Assembly (NCBI RefSeq): GCF_004010195.1
Contig: NC_057718.1
Location: forward strand, 45,300,717-45,364,716
Direction of reading: 5' to 3'
Origin: Chiloscyllium plagiosum
Taxonomy: Eukaryota
DNA: 64,000 nucleotides
The notes beneath the pieces are model-generated. The model did no database searches. It was not told the origin of the DNA and saw only the letters and a program-made list of their open reading frames with translations. The position numbers were made by a program, and so were the translations under genes. This document shows, in pieces, positions 1 to 13,198 of this stretch. How positions within the stretch are numbered: position 1 is the stretch's first letter; every line of letters begins with the position of its first letter.

Positions 1-81
1 AGGCACTACTGAGGCTGCAAAATCGGTTTTAAAAAAATAACATCTTTTTTGTTAGCTTTACAAGACAGGAATCAAGGTTGT

Positions 82-362
82 AGAGTCATAGATGTTCAAC
101 ATGGAAACAGACTCTTCAGTCCAATTTATCCATACTGACCAGATATCCTAAATTAACCTAGACCCATTTGCTAGCATTTAGCCCATATCCCTCAACCCTT
201 CCTATTCATGTACCCATCAAGATACCTTTCTAAATATAATTGTGCCAGCCTCTGGCAGCTCATTCCATATGCTCACCACCTTCTGTGTGAAAACGTTGCC
301 CCTTACATCGCTTTTAAATCTTTCCCCTCTCACCTTTAAACCTGTGCCCTTTAGTTCTGGAC
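82..362 (-). mobile_element. CR1 LINE 3' end fragment
   Basis: Reverse complement matches the 3' end of the CR1 copy at 13199-13978. Confidence 0.85.
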
Positions 363-421
363 ACATTGAAGAAGTCTGAAGGATTACTGTAGCAGAAAGT
401 CACACTGGTTACATATTACTG

Positions 422-705
422 GAGCGGCATGGTGGCTCAGTGGTTAGCAGGGACCTGGGTTCGATTCCAGCCTCGGGTGACTGTCTGTGTAGAGTCTGCA
501 CATTCTCCCAGTGTCTGCGTGGGTTTCCTCCGGGTGCTCTGGTTTCCTCCCACAGTCCAAAGACGTGCAGTTCAGGTGAATTGGCCATGCTAAATTGCCC
601 ATTAGTCAAAGGGAATGGGTCTGGGTGGGTTACTCTTTGGAGGGTCGGTATGGGCTTGTTGGGCTGAAGGGCCTGTTTCCATACTGTAGGGAATCTAATC
701 TCATC
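422..705 (+). mobile_element. HE1/V-type tRNA-derived SINE with short deletions
   Basis: A-box TGGCTCAGTGG, B-box GGTTCGATTCC, V-domain (TTCTCCCAGTGTCTGCGTGGGTTTCCTCCGGGTGCTCTGGTTTCCTCCCACAGTCCAAAG), CR1-like tail ending AATCTAATCT. Confidence 0.9.
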
Positions 706-754
706 TATCAGCAGCTATGGCAACTTGCTGTGAATGCACAATCCACCTTTTACC

Positions 755-862
755 TTGAACATTAACTCTGTTTCTCTTTCCATAGATACTACTGGACCTG
801 CTGAATATTTCCAACATTTCTGTTTTATTTCAGATTTCCGCATTTGCAGTGTTTTGCTTTGC
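755..862 (+). mobile_element. PLE terminal-repeat half (family B)
   Basis: Similar to the right arm of the 32203-32435 palindrome. Confidence 0.65.
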
Positions 863-3504
863 AGTACATAACATATTTGGTTAAGAAAACTACTTCTAAT
901 GGGCCTGTGTTGAGCTGTGTTCTGCAGTTTTACATAAAAATAGCTTAATTTGAAAAAAAATTCAGGATTGCATAGTTGTGATTGTAAAGCATTTTAAGCA
1001 AAATTTGGTAATGAATTGGCCAAGCCAAACTGCACTTAAATCTCCACCTCAAAGCCTCTGGATTGTTAGCCTGTGAAATTTTACACCGCTGCAAAATTAT
1101 TAGTTTCTAGTCCAATTGTAATTGAAAAATTCTCTCATTTGAAGATGTGAATAGAGTCAAAATTCATAGCATTTTTAATTAACAGCCATACTCCTGATAT
1201 TACGACTGGCAGATCATTGATGTAGCTGAAAATAATTAGGCGTGAAGACATTCTTGAGAGGTCATATCATGCAATTCAAGTCCTGCAATGTTTGGCTTCC
1301 AAACATTGACAGCTATTCTCCAGCTGGTGATGATAGAGGATTAGTGCTATCGCACTAGAAATTGTACTTTTTATGTATAATTCTGCAGAAGCTGCATGGA
1401 TGTCAATTATGAGTTGCAAGCTCTGTTCTTTGCCTGACATCATAATATCATATTTCTTTGTCTTCAAAAGATTTATATGATGATTACTCCTTTATAATGT
1501 TGTGGACCAAAGGATTTCCAAACAGCCAAATGGTTGAGGATGAGATCAAATAGGCATTTCCTCAAGTTGGATCCTTCTTTACTTGAGACAGGTATGATCT
1601 TGCAGTACTACGCTTCAAGATTGGGCCAGTTTTTAGTTCGTGGTGGTTCGGCAGTCTGGGCTGTAAACATTTGAAGTCTGATTTACACCCTGTGCCTTTG
1701 CTTTTCACAATTCTTCTTCTAAATGGAATGCTACCAAACAATGGGTACTGAGAACAGCAGGTTTTCTTAGTCTTGTTCAACAACCCAGAAAGCTTCAAAG
1801 AATCCAGTGTCCATATTGCAGACTTTGAGGTCCAAGGCTGGCCAACTACATACTGCTGTGTCCTCCCCTTTGTCTATTCATCAAATAGGACGACACCTAA
1901 CCAAGGTATTTTGTTCACTGGGAAATACTCTGCAGAATTCACAAAAGCTCCAGGAATCAATAGGTTAAATGTTGGGTGGGTGGTGGACTGGGACCATGAA
2001 AACGAAGTCTTTTTTTTTCTATAGCTTAAAAATGTTAATTTATTTTTCTTTGATAAAAGATACTTTTTCCAATCTTCAAACCACATAATATGTTGGAAAA
2101 GAGAAAGGAAATAAAGGAGGAGTTGACAGACAAATGCTATTTGAAATGGGTTGTCTCTGGTAATGAAAGGCAGCTCTATCACATCAAAGAGGACTGTTCA
2201 TTTCTTTCAGAAGTTGTAAATTGGGCAACTATTTGTAATGGTGAACAGACCTTCTTCACCCACAGTTGGATGTGCTGTCGCTCATTGTGACTGTGCTTTA
2301 TCCCTAATGACCTTTCTTCATATTTGTTGCATTCACACAGCTTCCGCTCGTGGCCACAGGTGTTTTAATTTTGTTTTGTTCAGCCATGCTGATGTGGCCC
2401 AATATTTTCTTCTCTGAAGATTATAGCTTGTTTTTGTATAACTAGTTTAGATCTTTTAGGTCATAAGCTATTCAGCCTGATGTTTCAGCACTGTGTAGAC
2501 CTCCATTCCTAATTGCTGATCAAATCTTAATGATCTTTCTGCAACAAACACTCATTAATCTAGGAACCGTAGTTCTGAAGGTTGTTTAAAAGTTTTATAT
2601 TCTGTAAGGAGAGCTGTATCCCAATTTAGAAAAGGGAATTTTTGGACATTCTGACAATATACCTGTTGCTATCAATCCAGCACAAAACCTAATCATTTGC
2701 CTTGCTTAAGTGAATTAAACTGGACTTTTGATCAAGGATTTGTCTGCGTACCAGCAAACTGTGTTTTAAACACACACTGTGTTGCAATTAACAAAGATAT
2801 TAAGGATTGTGTGAAATACTTCAGCATGATTTGCATGTGGTCAACCATGAGCTTCACCTTCAGCAAGACTAACTCCAAACAGCATGGGCATCATCATTAT
2901 GTTTTCTATTGCTATTCACCTTGTCATGATGATGATTTGCTGAGCAGTTGATCATCCAGGATTGATCAATGCCATGGTTAGTTTGTTTACAATAGTAAAA
3001 CACATTAAAAATTATGAAACAAGCATTACATTACAAGTTCCACACACAAAAATCAGTGGTAGATGACCTCCATGAAGAGTTGGAACATTGTATGCACAAA
3101 GCATGTGGGGAGCTGATAGAGGCATTACCACTGTGCTACATGTCTGAGCCAGGAGGCCCTAGTTCAAGTTTGATTTCCTCTAGAGATGTGTATTAACATC
3201 TCTGAAAGATGATTAGAAAATATCTACGGGCAAACTCTCTCTTAAACAGAACTCATCCTTCATTTTTTTTCTCCGTGAAGTATTATCTTGCTCAGTTGCA
3301 TTAAGCAAATATTGCTGTGGTTTCCTTTGCTCCCCCTCAGTTTCACTGAGCTGTTAATGGCATGTGGCCTCTGCTGAGTGCCCACAGCTCCCAGGAATTT
3401 TTTTGGAGCCCTGGCTCAAACACTTGAGGTCTGAAGTTCCAGGACTTAGTAGACAATTCAATCTTACCAGCACAGCCCTCAACAAACTGTGCTTGACCTA
3501 TCAT

Positions 3505-3810
3505 CGAGTCATAGAGCCATAGAGATTTACAGCATGGAAACAGACCCTTTGGACCAACTTGACCATGCTGACCAGATATCCTAAACTGATTTATTCCCAT
3601 TTGCCAGCACTTGGTCCACTCCCTCCAAATCCTTCCTATTCATGTATCCATCCAGATGCCTTTTAAATGTTGGAACTGTCCCAGCCTCTACCACCTCCCC
3701 TGGCAGCTCATTCCATACATGTACCACCCTCTGTGAAAAAGTTGCTCCTTAGACCCCTTTTAAATCTTTCCCCTCTCACCCTAAACCTATGCCGTCTAGT
3801 TCTGGACCCC
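3505..3810 (-). mobile_element. CR1 LINE 3' end fragment
   Basis: GAGTCATAGAG tail and body matching the reverse complement of roughly 13690-13978. Confidence 0.88.
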
Positions 3811-4774
3811 AACCAGACAGACAATGTGCTCCATTTGCAGACACAGACTTAGTTTTGTCTCTTCTTGTGGAAACACTTACTCTCAACTGCGCTGCGCCTT
3901 CTGTAAAATGTTAATGTTACTAAGTTTCTGTATCCATGGTCTTGAGCAAAGCATTAGAAAAATGATGTAGTTTTAGAAGTTAGCAAGAATTCTGCACCCT
4001 TTTGAAAATAGAAGCTCAGACTTTTTCTTCATTAGCACATAAAAGAACTGAGCATTTTTAACTTCCGTTATCATGGAAAGCTGTAGTGTTGTGTGGTTTT
4101 GGGGTGAAGGAAAAGCAAAGGTGGATGAAAATTTGAGCAGTAACTGGACCTCTCTTTGAATTGCATTTTTTAAAAAAAGGTTGCTTTCTTCAATCAACTT
4201 AAGTTGTTTTCTTACAGTCAATTCAAATTGGTAATTCTACTGGTATCAAATCTTCTCTTAGTTTTAAGGTATGCTGCTCCATCAAGGGTGTTATTCTTTT
4301 GATGCTTTCTCTTTTGATGTTTCTGTGTTCATTTTTGGTTTCCAAAAAAGAGGTGTCTCAGTAAAGTTAGTGCTCCCTGTTCAAAGGAGGGCCAAGAACA
4401 TCAAAGGAAGAGCTTCAAAGGATTTGCAAGCTAGACCCAACTGTTCGCTCATCCCTACAATTGTGGCTGTTCTTGTGAAATTATTGCATTATTTTAACTT
4501 AACTAAATCTAAAGCCACAACATTGCTAATTTAGTTTCTGCAGGCTAACAAAACCATTTAATTAACATTCTCTTTTTCTAGGGTATGATGGCATTTCTAA
4601 ATGAAGGACAGGATAACTGTCAAATTGTTTTCACTCTACTTAAATAAGTCTTTATGAGACTGGTAGAAGTCTGTTATCAAATCACATCTTGTTTCAGAAA
4701 TGTGGTACAATGGTACTTTAAATCATTCTTTTAAAGTAGCATTTTATTTATTGAGTAAAAGGTTAAAAGCGATA

Positions 4775-4885
4775 TAAAAACAAAATACTGTGGGTGCTGG
4801 AACTCAGAAACAGAAAATGTCAGAGAAACTGAGTACGTCTGGCAGCATCTATAGAATGAGAAAATAGTTAATGTTTTGAGTCCAA
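4775..4885 (-). mobile_element. PLE terminal-repeat half (family B)
   Basis: Similar to the left arm of the 32203-32435 palindrome (GAGAAACTGAG...TCTGGCAGCATCT...GTTAATGTTTTGAGTCC). Confidence 0.6.
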
Positions 4886-5329
4886 CATGTTTTGACTGTC
4901 AGTCATCACCAAGATTGAAAAGAATCTGATGAATCAAGAAGTGATTTCAGTGTTTGCTGTTAAATGCCTTTAGATTGGAGAAGATGGGGAAGCTTGACAG
5001 ACTTAAAAATTCTACAGTTTTGAAGTTCTGGACAGCAATGAGTTAAACTTCAGACTTCTTTTCAGAGAGGCAAATAGATGAAATGTGAGTAGAATGGCAA
5101 ATTTGGAGTCTGGAAAGAACAGAATATTCAGATAAACTAAACAGTGATGTATCTCGCCCTCATCCCACTAAATTTTGAGGTAAATTTACTTTTGTCACAG
5201 TTATAACATATACTGTTGTATTTAAACAGTGGCCCATAGATACAGAAAATGTTTATGACATTTGTTTTATTATTAAATTGATTTTAATGGGAAACCTGTT
5301 TTTAATATTGTTTAACTGGCCAGCAGAAG

Positions 5330-5665
5330 ACCTTAGAGCAGCTTTTATTTTACATGCTTACATAGTCTATATTGAAGGTCGAAGAGATTGCAATTTGTCC
5401 TGAACCTCATCAATCTTCAAAGGCTGAAGGTCTTGCTTGTCAATGATTGAATACTATGGCATGTACTCTATATGAAATCTATGCTTGTTGGCTGGTGCAC
5501 TGAGGCCTTAAAACATGTTGACCTGCCAACAAATTTGAAAAAAGAACTATTCAGCCACAAAACTCCACATTCATAATCAAACATACATCCATCAATTCAG
5601 TCCAAACGTTTGGCTATCTTGGGGAATATTGTCTCCAACGATGTTCTGTTGGATGTTGAAACAAT
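5330..5665 (+). mobile_element. Very degraded non-LTR RT remnant (RTE-like)
   Basis: With a frameshift, reads VQTFGYLG/NIVSNDVLLDVE, resembling the RT C-terminal 'F.YLGS.IS' motif. Confidence 0.35.
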
Positions 5666-5729
5666 GGGCCAGGAGGAATTTCCAAACTCCTGGACACATT
5701 TAGATAGCTAATCCATGTGCACAATGCTT

Positions 5730-6655
5730 CAGGAATTGGAGTAGGCCATTCAGCTTGCCAAGCCTGTTCTGCCATTCAGTGTAATCGCGGCTGATTGAAC
5801 ACTTCAGTGCTTCCTACTCATCTCACTCCCATAACCCTGTACACAGCTGCTAATCACAAATAGGTTGATCTCCATTTTAAACATATTTGAAGACTGAGCC
5901 TCTACAGCCCTCTATGGTAGAGAATTCCAAAGGTTCAAAAACCTCTGAGTAGAAATATTTCTCCTCATCTTGGACAAAAGGTTGCATCCCCCTGAATTTT
6001 TAAATTGTGTTCCTTGGTGTTAGACTCCCCAACTAGGGAAGCATCTTAGCTGAAACTACCCTGTCTATCATAGAGTCTTAGTGATGTACAGCATGGAAAC
6101 AGATCCTTCGGTCCAACCTGTCAATGCAAACCAGATATCCTAAATTAATCCAGTCGTATTTGCCAGTGTTTGGCCCATATCCTTCTAAATTCTTCCTATT
6201 CATAACTTGAAAGGGTTTTGAAAAGATTTACAAGGATGTTGTCAGGGTTGGAGGGTTTGAACCATAGGGAGAAGCTGAATAGGCTGAGGCTGTTTTCCCT
6301 GGAGCATCAAAGGCTGAGGGGTGACCTTTTGGAAGTTTATAAAATCACAAGGGGTATGGATAGAGTAAATAGACAAGGTATTTTCTCTGGCGTGAGGGAG
6401 TCAAAAACTACAGGGCATAAGTTTAGGATAAGAGGGAAAAGATTTGAAAAGGACCTAAGGGGCAACGTTTTCACTTTTTAAAAAAAAAAAGTATTTTGTA
6501 AGTTTCAATGGGATCACTTATCATTCATCAAAACAGTGGAGAATGCAGGCCCAATTTTCCCATATTCTTCATAGCACACTCCCATCTTGTGAACCTTTGT
6601 TGCAATCCCTCAATGATGCTGATACCTTTCATAAATAAGGACAAAAATGTAGATA
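5730..6655 (-). mobile_element. Older CR1 3' fragment, interrupted by the 6069-6475 insertion
   Basis: Typical CR1 tail (AGGAATTGGAGTAGGCCATTCAG on +); minus-strand IIEGLQQRFTR...KLGLHS resembles the CR1 ORF2 C-terminus; sequence resumes after the nested insert. Confidence 0.75.
6069..6475 (-). mobile_element. Young-family CR1 insertion with inverted 5' segment
   Basis: 6069-6204 is the antisense 3' end; 6205-6475 is sense ORF2 C-terminus (KRFTRMLSGLEGL...DLRGNVFT). Confidence 0.85.
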
Positions 6656-8435
6656 GGACATGGGGCCTTGAAGAGGCAAATGTCCCAGACTCAATTTTAG
6701 GTAATGAAGGCAGCCAAGTGGTTGAAGTATTAGTGGGGAAAGTTTTGCAGACAGTGATCATAACTCTGTTAGATTCAAGATTCATTTTGGAAAAGGATAA
6801 AGATGGGCCTGAAATTGAAGTTCTAAACCGGCGGATGGCTGATTTTTAATAAGATCAGACATAATTTTGACTAGAGTAGACTGGAATCAGATGCTTTTGG
6901 GTAAATCTGTGTCAGAGTAGTGGGATACATTCAAGAGGGAATAGGAGAGCACAGGGCCAGCATCATCTAATAAGGACAATTCCAGTAAACCCTGGATATC
7001 GAAGGATTGGATCAAGAGAAAAAGGGAGGCTTATGGCACATGCCAAGGGTTCAAAAAAGTTGAAAGCCGAGAGAAATACAGAATGTGCAAAGGGAAACTT
7101 TAAAAGGAAATTGAGAGAGCAAAGTGGGGACATGAAAAAATATTGGCAGGTAAAATGAAAGGAAATTCTAAGTTATTTTACAGGTACATTAATGTAAAAG
7201 GATAATAGGAAAGTGCCTATTAAGAGCCACAGTGGTGATTTGTGCATTGAGTCAGAGGACATAGGGTAATGAATACTTTGAGTTGGTGTTCACTGGTGAG
7301 AGGAATAATAGGGGCATAGAAATCGGGCAGAAAGACTGATATAATTTGAAAAATTAGCATGCACAGGAGGTTCTGTGTAGTTTGATGGGCTTAAAAGTAG
7401 ATAAATCAGCAGGGCCAGATGAAATGTACCCCAGGCTATTGAGTGAGGCAAGGGAGGAAATAGCAGGAATGCTAGCAATAATTTTCAATTCCCTTTGGCC
7501 ACAGGAGAGCTACTGAATGACTGGAGCACAGCCAATGGAGGGAACAAGGCATAAACCAATAAATTACAGGCCACTCCATTTAAAATCACTGTTGGGGAAA
7601 CTATTGGAAGCAATTCTGAGGGATGAAATTAATCCCTTTCTCTCCAAGTGCAGATTAACAAAGCTATGCTGACTATTTTTGATTAAAGAGATGTCCTGTC
7701 TGACCAGGTTGACTTGAATTCTTTTGAAGAGACCAGGTTTGTAGTTGAGGGTTGTGTATCCAATGTTATCTAACTGGACTTCATCAAGGCTTTTGATAGG
7801 GTCCTACATGGAAGACTGATAATGAAAGCAAGAATCCATGGGATCTAAGAAATTTTGAGTAATTAGTTCTAGGATGTGCAGAAAGCAGGGGATGATGGTG
7901 GTGGGAGTGTTTTTGTGACCCAAGATCTATGTCCAGCCAGGTTCTGCAGGGTTCAGACTTGGGGCTTTGCTGTTTGCAGTAAATATAAACTATTTTGACT
8001 TGAATGTAGGAGTGTTGATTAATACGTTTGTGGATGATATAATAATTGGTGGGTTGACAAATAATGAGGAAGATAGCCTTAGCTTTAGATAAGAGGATAT
8101 ACATGGGCAGGTCAGATGGGCTTATCAGTGGCAAATGGAATTCAGTCCAGATAGGCCTGAGGTGATAAAATGGGACAGACAAACCAGGCAAACAAATAGT
8201 TGATGAATGGTAGGATGCTGGGAAGTATTGAAGATCAGATGGACCTTAGTGTGCTTGTCCATTAGTCCCTTAAGGTAACAGGATAGGCAGATAAAAGTGG
8301 TTAAGCAGGCATATAGGATACTTGCTTTTATTACTGAGGCATAAGGTTTAAAAGCAGGAAGGCTGTGCTAAAACTGTATAAAAAGTTGGTTAGACCACAG
8401 CTAGAGTATTATGTGCAGTTCTATAATCCATATTA

Positions 8436-8596
8436 GAAGAGAAAATGAGGTCTGCAGATGCTGGAGATCAGAGATGCTCTTAGCCTGCTGGACAAACTTT
8501 CCTCATTCCTGAAGAAGGGCTAATGCCCGAAACGTCGATTCTCCTGTTCCCTAGATGCTGCCTGACCTGCTGCGCTTCTCCAGCAACACATTTCCA
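8436..8596. mobile_element. PLE terminal-repeat mini-insertion (family A) with 16-bp TSD
   Basis: TCTATAATCCATATTA at 8420-8435 and 8597-8612; body matches the PLE end at 51985-52104. Confidence 0.88.
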
Positions 8597-8850
8597 TCTA
8601 TAATCCATATTACATGAGGCATATGATTGCACTAGATACGGTGTAGAGGAAATTTATCAAGATGTTGAATAGGCTGGAGATTTTCCATTATGAAGAGATT
8701 AGGTAGACTTGGGTTTGTTTTCCTTGCTGCAGAGGAGTGTGGAGGGGGAGGTAACAGGATTGAGATGCATATAATTGAGAGACAGAGAGGATAGACCAGA
8801 AGGAACTTTTTTTCCCTTTTGTGGAGAAATCAATGACTGGGCACATAGAT

Positions 8851-9205
8851 TTAGAATTTAGAATCCCTTCAGTGTGGAAACAGGCCATTGTCCCAACAAG
8901 TCCCCGCTGATCCTCTGAAAAGTAACCCACCCAGACCCATTCCCCTACCTTACTACTGTACATTTATCCCTTATCAATGCACCTAACCTACAGATCATTG
9001 AACACTGGGCAATTTAGTATGACCAGTTCACCTAATCTGTACGTCTTTTGGATTGTGGGAGGAAAGTGAAGCACCCGGAGGAAACCCATGCAGACACAGG
9101 GCGAATCTGCAAACTCCGCACAGACAGTAGTCCGAAGCTGGAATTGAACCCCGGTCCCTGGCACTGTGAAGCAGCAGTGCAAACTAATGAGCAACCATGC
9201 CACCC
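8851..9205 (-). mobile_element. HE1/V-type SINE nested in CR1
   Basis: Full-length reverse-complement match to the other HE1-like copies. Confidence 0.9.
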
Positions 9206-9360
9206 ATAAGGTTAGGGTCCAGAGGTTTAGAGGAAACATTTTCCATGGAGTGGTGAGAATCTGTTTCAACCCCAAACTCAATGCCGTAAGGGCGGTAGAG
9301 GCAGAAACAATCAACATTTTAAGTATTTATATATGTGTTTTCATTGCCAAGACATACAAA

Positions 9361-9617
9361 GGGAAAAACCACTGTCTGAGGTCTTCCTACTGAACTAAAT
9401 TGGGGGTTCGTCCAGTTATTGGAACCTCCTAGTGCCTCAATGCATATAAATATAGTCTTGCTTGTAGGAGATGCCTTGGATTTGTTGGGATAAAGTCAAA
9501 TTGAAATGTTTGTTTGTTTACTTGATCTGCAACTCTTCAGAGCTGAACTGCATTTGTGAATATGTATATATGCAAAGACATTTTGTAAAGAATAAAGTAT
9601 ATTTTTAAATATAAAAA
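9361..9617 (+). mobile_element. Tx1/L1-like LINE 3' end nested in CR1
   Basis: Begins GGAAAAACCACTGTCTGA (GKTTV-stop), similar to 19725-19980; ends AATAAA plus an A-rich tail. Confidence 0.7.
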
Positions 9618-10396
9618 GCTATGGATCGAGTGCTAGAAAATCACGTTAGAATAGTTCGGGTTTTTCTTTTGACCAGTGCAGACTCAACAGGCCAAAGGGC
9701 CTTTCTCCTGTGCTATAGACCTCTCTGACCCTGTTTTGAACAGGTAGGGTTCAAGTATTGATGCTTGGAGAGCCCCACCAGTCTCAGTCTGCCATGACCC
9801 TTTTAGTCTTATGTAAACCTATGGGAATATTATTCATGGAAAAAAATTCAACCCCAAACATTTTGCAAAACATAGTCTCAAGGAAATCAACATTTACAAA
9901 GTAAATTGCAGTCAACAAAAGTGATCATCTGGGGTGTGGGAGAATGTATTGCATATTTCTACAGACCATACTGCCTGAGAACATAATATTTCCAAACTGA
10001 AGTTTGTACTACTCCCCTTGTGCAAATGTCATCTTATGTGCAGTGCAAGTTTAAATAAGCATTTGGCTTTTTTCAAACCTGTGCTAATTGTGGCTGGTAA
10101 CTTAGTAAGATTTGCTGAGGCATGTTAAAGCCATTACTGTAACCAACCACACACATTGCAGAACACCTGTTAGGATAATAATAGATGCACTTTAAAGCTG
10201 TTAATTAGGATGGTCCCAGTAAAAGTTGATTTATCTGATCGTTTCAAGGCAATTCAAAATGCAAGACATGTAAACTGTTTTTCAGGAACAGGCCCATGTT
10301 GATTCATGAGTGAAAATCAAGAAAATACAGGTTCATGCAAGAACTTGAGCTGAAAAAGTGATTAGTACCATCCTAATGTACATACTGAGTTGTGAT

Positions 10397-10522
10397 AAAC
10401 AAAAACAAATTGCTGGAGAAACTCAATATTTCAGGCAGCATCTGCAGAGAGAAAACAATTAACATTTCAAGTCCAGTGACCCTTTTTCAGAACACTGCTC
10501 CTGCAGTTTTATTTTTGTTTTA
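10397..10522 (-). mobile_element. PLE terminal-repeat fragment (family B)
   Basis: Similar to the left arm of the 32203-32435 palindrome. Confidence 0.65.
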
Positions 10523-13198
10523 TGATACGACCTGCGCTTTTTAAATTATTGAGTTCAAATTGAGGTTGTACTGGGGCCACGATATTGATGATTAAATTTT
10601 ATTACTTAAAAAGCTTTGAATAATGGATTGTAAGCAAGCTTTAGTCAGGAAGTGGGGTCAGATGTGAGACCGATCAGTTTTATATGTTAGTTTGAATAGT
10701 GAGAATTTAAAAATGTACATCTGCAATATAGCTGTCAGAATCCCTGGAGCTGGCAGACAAAATGTTCTGCCATTATTCAAACTAAATCAGCACTGATGTA
10801 AAAATATTTTTATTGCATGTACAGTTATTTGGATTAAATTGGAGGTTGGTAAATTGAGTGAATAGCAAAGATAAAATAGAGGCCCTATGTCATTGAGTTA
10901 TATGTATGAAAATAAATTATTGACTTTGATTTCAATTAAATTATTTATCCATAATACAATCAAGACTTCAATGCTAATGCAAGTATCACAGTTTTTTCCC
11001 ACCACAGTTACATTTCTTCTGATTTTTCTTGCAACTAATCTGAAAATCATATATGGACCCAACTTAACTGGAAGTGGCTCTTCCAAACTAATGCCACTTA
11101 ATTTTGAAAATCTTGTCTCCATCCTCTTCCGTTTCCCACTAGCTGTCTTTTCTATTGTTACGATGCCCTCCGAGACCATTTTGTTTGTTTTAAAAGATGA
11201 ATTTCCCAGCAAGTGAAGACAAGATTTCTCTTTTGACAACACTTGTACGATAACTAACAAACTAAAATCAACAAATCCAACATCATTTAACAGGATAGAA
11301 TTTCCCGAGAGGCTCCTGAATGAGCAAGATGATCGTGAACAGCACTTGAGTGTTTAATTGTTTGGTCTTATGAACTTTCTTGCTGATAGGGATGGGATTT
11401 TCACTTGAAGTTGCCCACCCTGACACTTTATGCACAGAGCAATAAATTCCATCACTTGCAAATAGAAAACAAACTTTTCCAAGAATTATACTTGTTTGCT
11501 AACATAAAAACAATTTACCATGCTCTTCACAGCAGAAGCTGCTTTCCCAGAATCATTTTATTTTTTCTTACCTTGTCTCAGTGTCCAAAAAGTATTTGTT
11601 TCTCTTTGCATCAAGGTGAAAACTGTCACTTGATTTTCAATAAAAAAATCACCTCGATCCATCTATGATAGAATGATCACCATCCTCTCCACATGAAATT
11701 CTGCTTTTTCTTACTTAAAAGAAACATTTTAGAGTATACCAGTTTTGTAAAGCCGAACAGTCATAACACCTTACTATCTTCTTTTGCTCTCCCAATCATT
11801 ATTAATTTTTTGCATTGTGTCTCTGCATCTCCTTCTCCCTGATCTTAGCTTGCCTGCCTATTTATATTACTATATTATTCTAATGTTTTCAGAGCTATGG
11901 GTGTGATTTTTATTTTCTCTTTCTTTTCTCCGCCCCCGCCCGCGCCCCCGCCCGGAAAGAGCAAGAGATGTGGCATGATGGACAAATAATTGTTGGGTGG
12001 CCCAGAGTGATCACCACCTTCTTACACCACCACTCCATTTGAATTCTAGATAAGCCAATCCATGGGCAACCCTCTCAATAAGCCACAATAATCGCCCTTC
12101 AGTATTCAATTAATGGCAATTTAGGGACTTCAAAATGTCTCTGGCTCAATTACATGTCTCCCTGGCAGATGAGAGAAGTGGCCTTGTGTCCCAGCAGGTA
12201 AACCAGGGTGCCTGCCTGCTGGTTGCGCTTCACTTGCTTCAACCTGAGTGCAATAAGGGCAGAAGGATGGTGACCGAAAGCCACTATCTGCTCTTATGTC
12301 CAATCCATCCTCATGATAAAGAGCAAGCTGTTCACTGGCGCAATTGGAGGGGGAAATAAAGCAATGTATTCCCAAAGTGCCCACTTTTTGTGTTAGAAAA
12401 GAAAGAAGTATGTCGGTGAGTGTTGCTTAGTCGTCTTGGGTTAATGTGGTTGTCATGAAACCTCAGATGTGAGTATGAAGCATGAAGCAATTCTGTGTGT
12501 GGATGAGATGAAGTATGCAAATGTAATTGAATTTGTTTGTATGCAGTGAACTGAGCTGGGGCTAAAACTACTGGTGCAAAGATAGGGCAATTGAAGTTGC
12601 CTTTTGCCTTGACTACTCATTCGAGATTGTTGAACACCTTTTGTAGTTCTACATCCAAGTCCTTGGGGCACAGTTCCTAGTAATGGCCTGTACAGTTAGC
12701 TGCTCCCACTGCTTGATCATGTGAGTGATGAGCCTCTTGGTTTTCTGTGGACCTCCCACCTTCTTTTCAACTTCTCTATCAGACCTCCAGTACAATATCT
12801 GAAAACCTTTGGATGTGCTCTGAATGTTGTACCATTTCCAAACTGTTTCCCAATATAGATTAATTCCTGAATGACTCCCATTAGCTATTTCAGCCACACT
12901 CTGTCACCCATTTCAGCAGTACAAAGTAACTTCCTAGCATGACATGAAGATATGATTTTGGGCCCTATGCTGTGTGCAGCCAATGAATAGCACATGATAT
13001 ATGTAGAAATCATTATAATGAGCAGCAGTGCAAAGTGGCAGTGTGCCTGTAATTGATTCAATAGATGCAGTTTAATTACAGTATGTTATTTTTGAAGGAT
13101 GTCCACTTTAATGTTTCTAGTTTTGCTGAAAGTACTGGTGAGCTGGAGCAAGATTGATTACATTTGGAATCAGAATTGTTACTTTTTAAAAATTTAGT

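Larger units (their letters stand above)
6660..9730 (+). mobile_element. Long degraded CR1 LINE (end of endonuclease through RT to 3' end), with three nested insertions
   Basis: Remnants DSILGNEGSQVVEV, SDHNSVRF, EKDKDGPEIEVLN, DFIKAFDRV-like and FVDD-like RT motifs, and a 3' tail near 9690-9730; many stops and frameshifts. Confidence 0.85.

Noticed and set aside
422..480. tRNA gene
   Set aside because: The A/B boxes belong to the tRNA-derived SINE head; no complete cloverleaf.
1562..2290. Cluster of short ORFs suggesting a pseudogene
   Set aside because: No frame gives a recognisable protein.
10887..11260. Antiparallel 109-aa and 120-aa ORFs
   Set aside because: No recognisable domain or splice context; likely chance.
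11930..11956. GC-box cluster as a possible promoter
   Set aside because: Only ~25 bp with no surrounding CpG island; may lie inside a degraded transposon.
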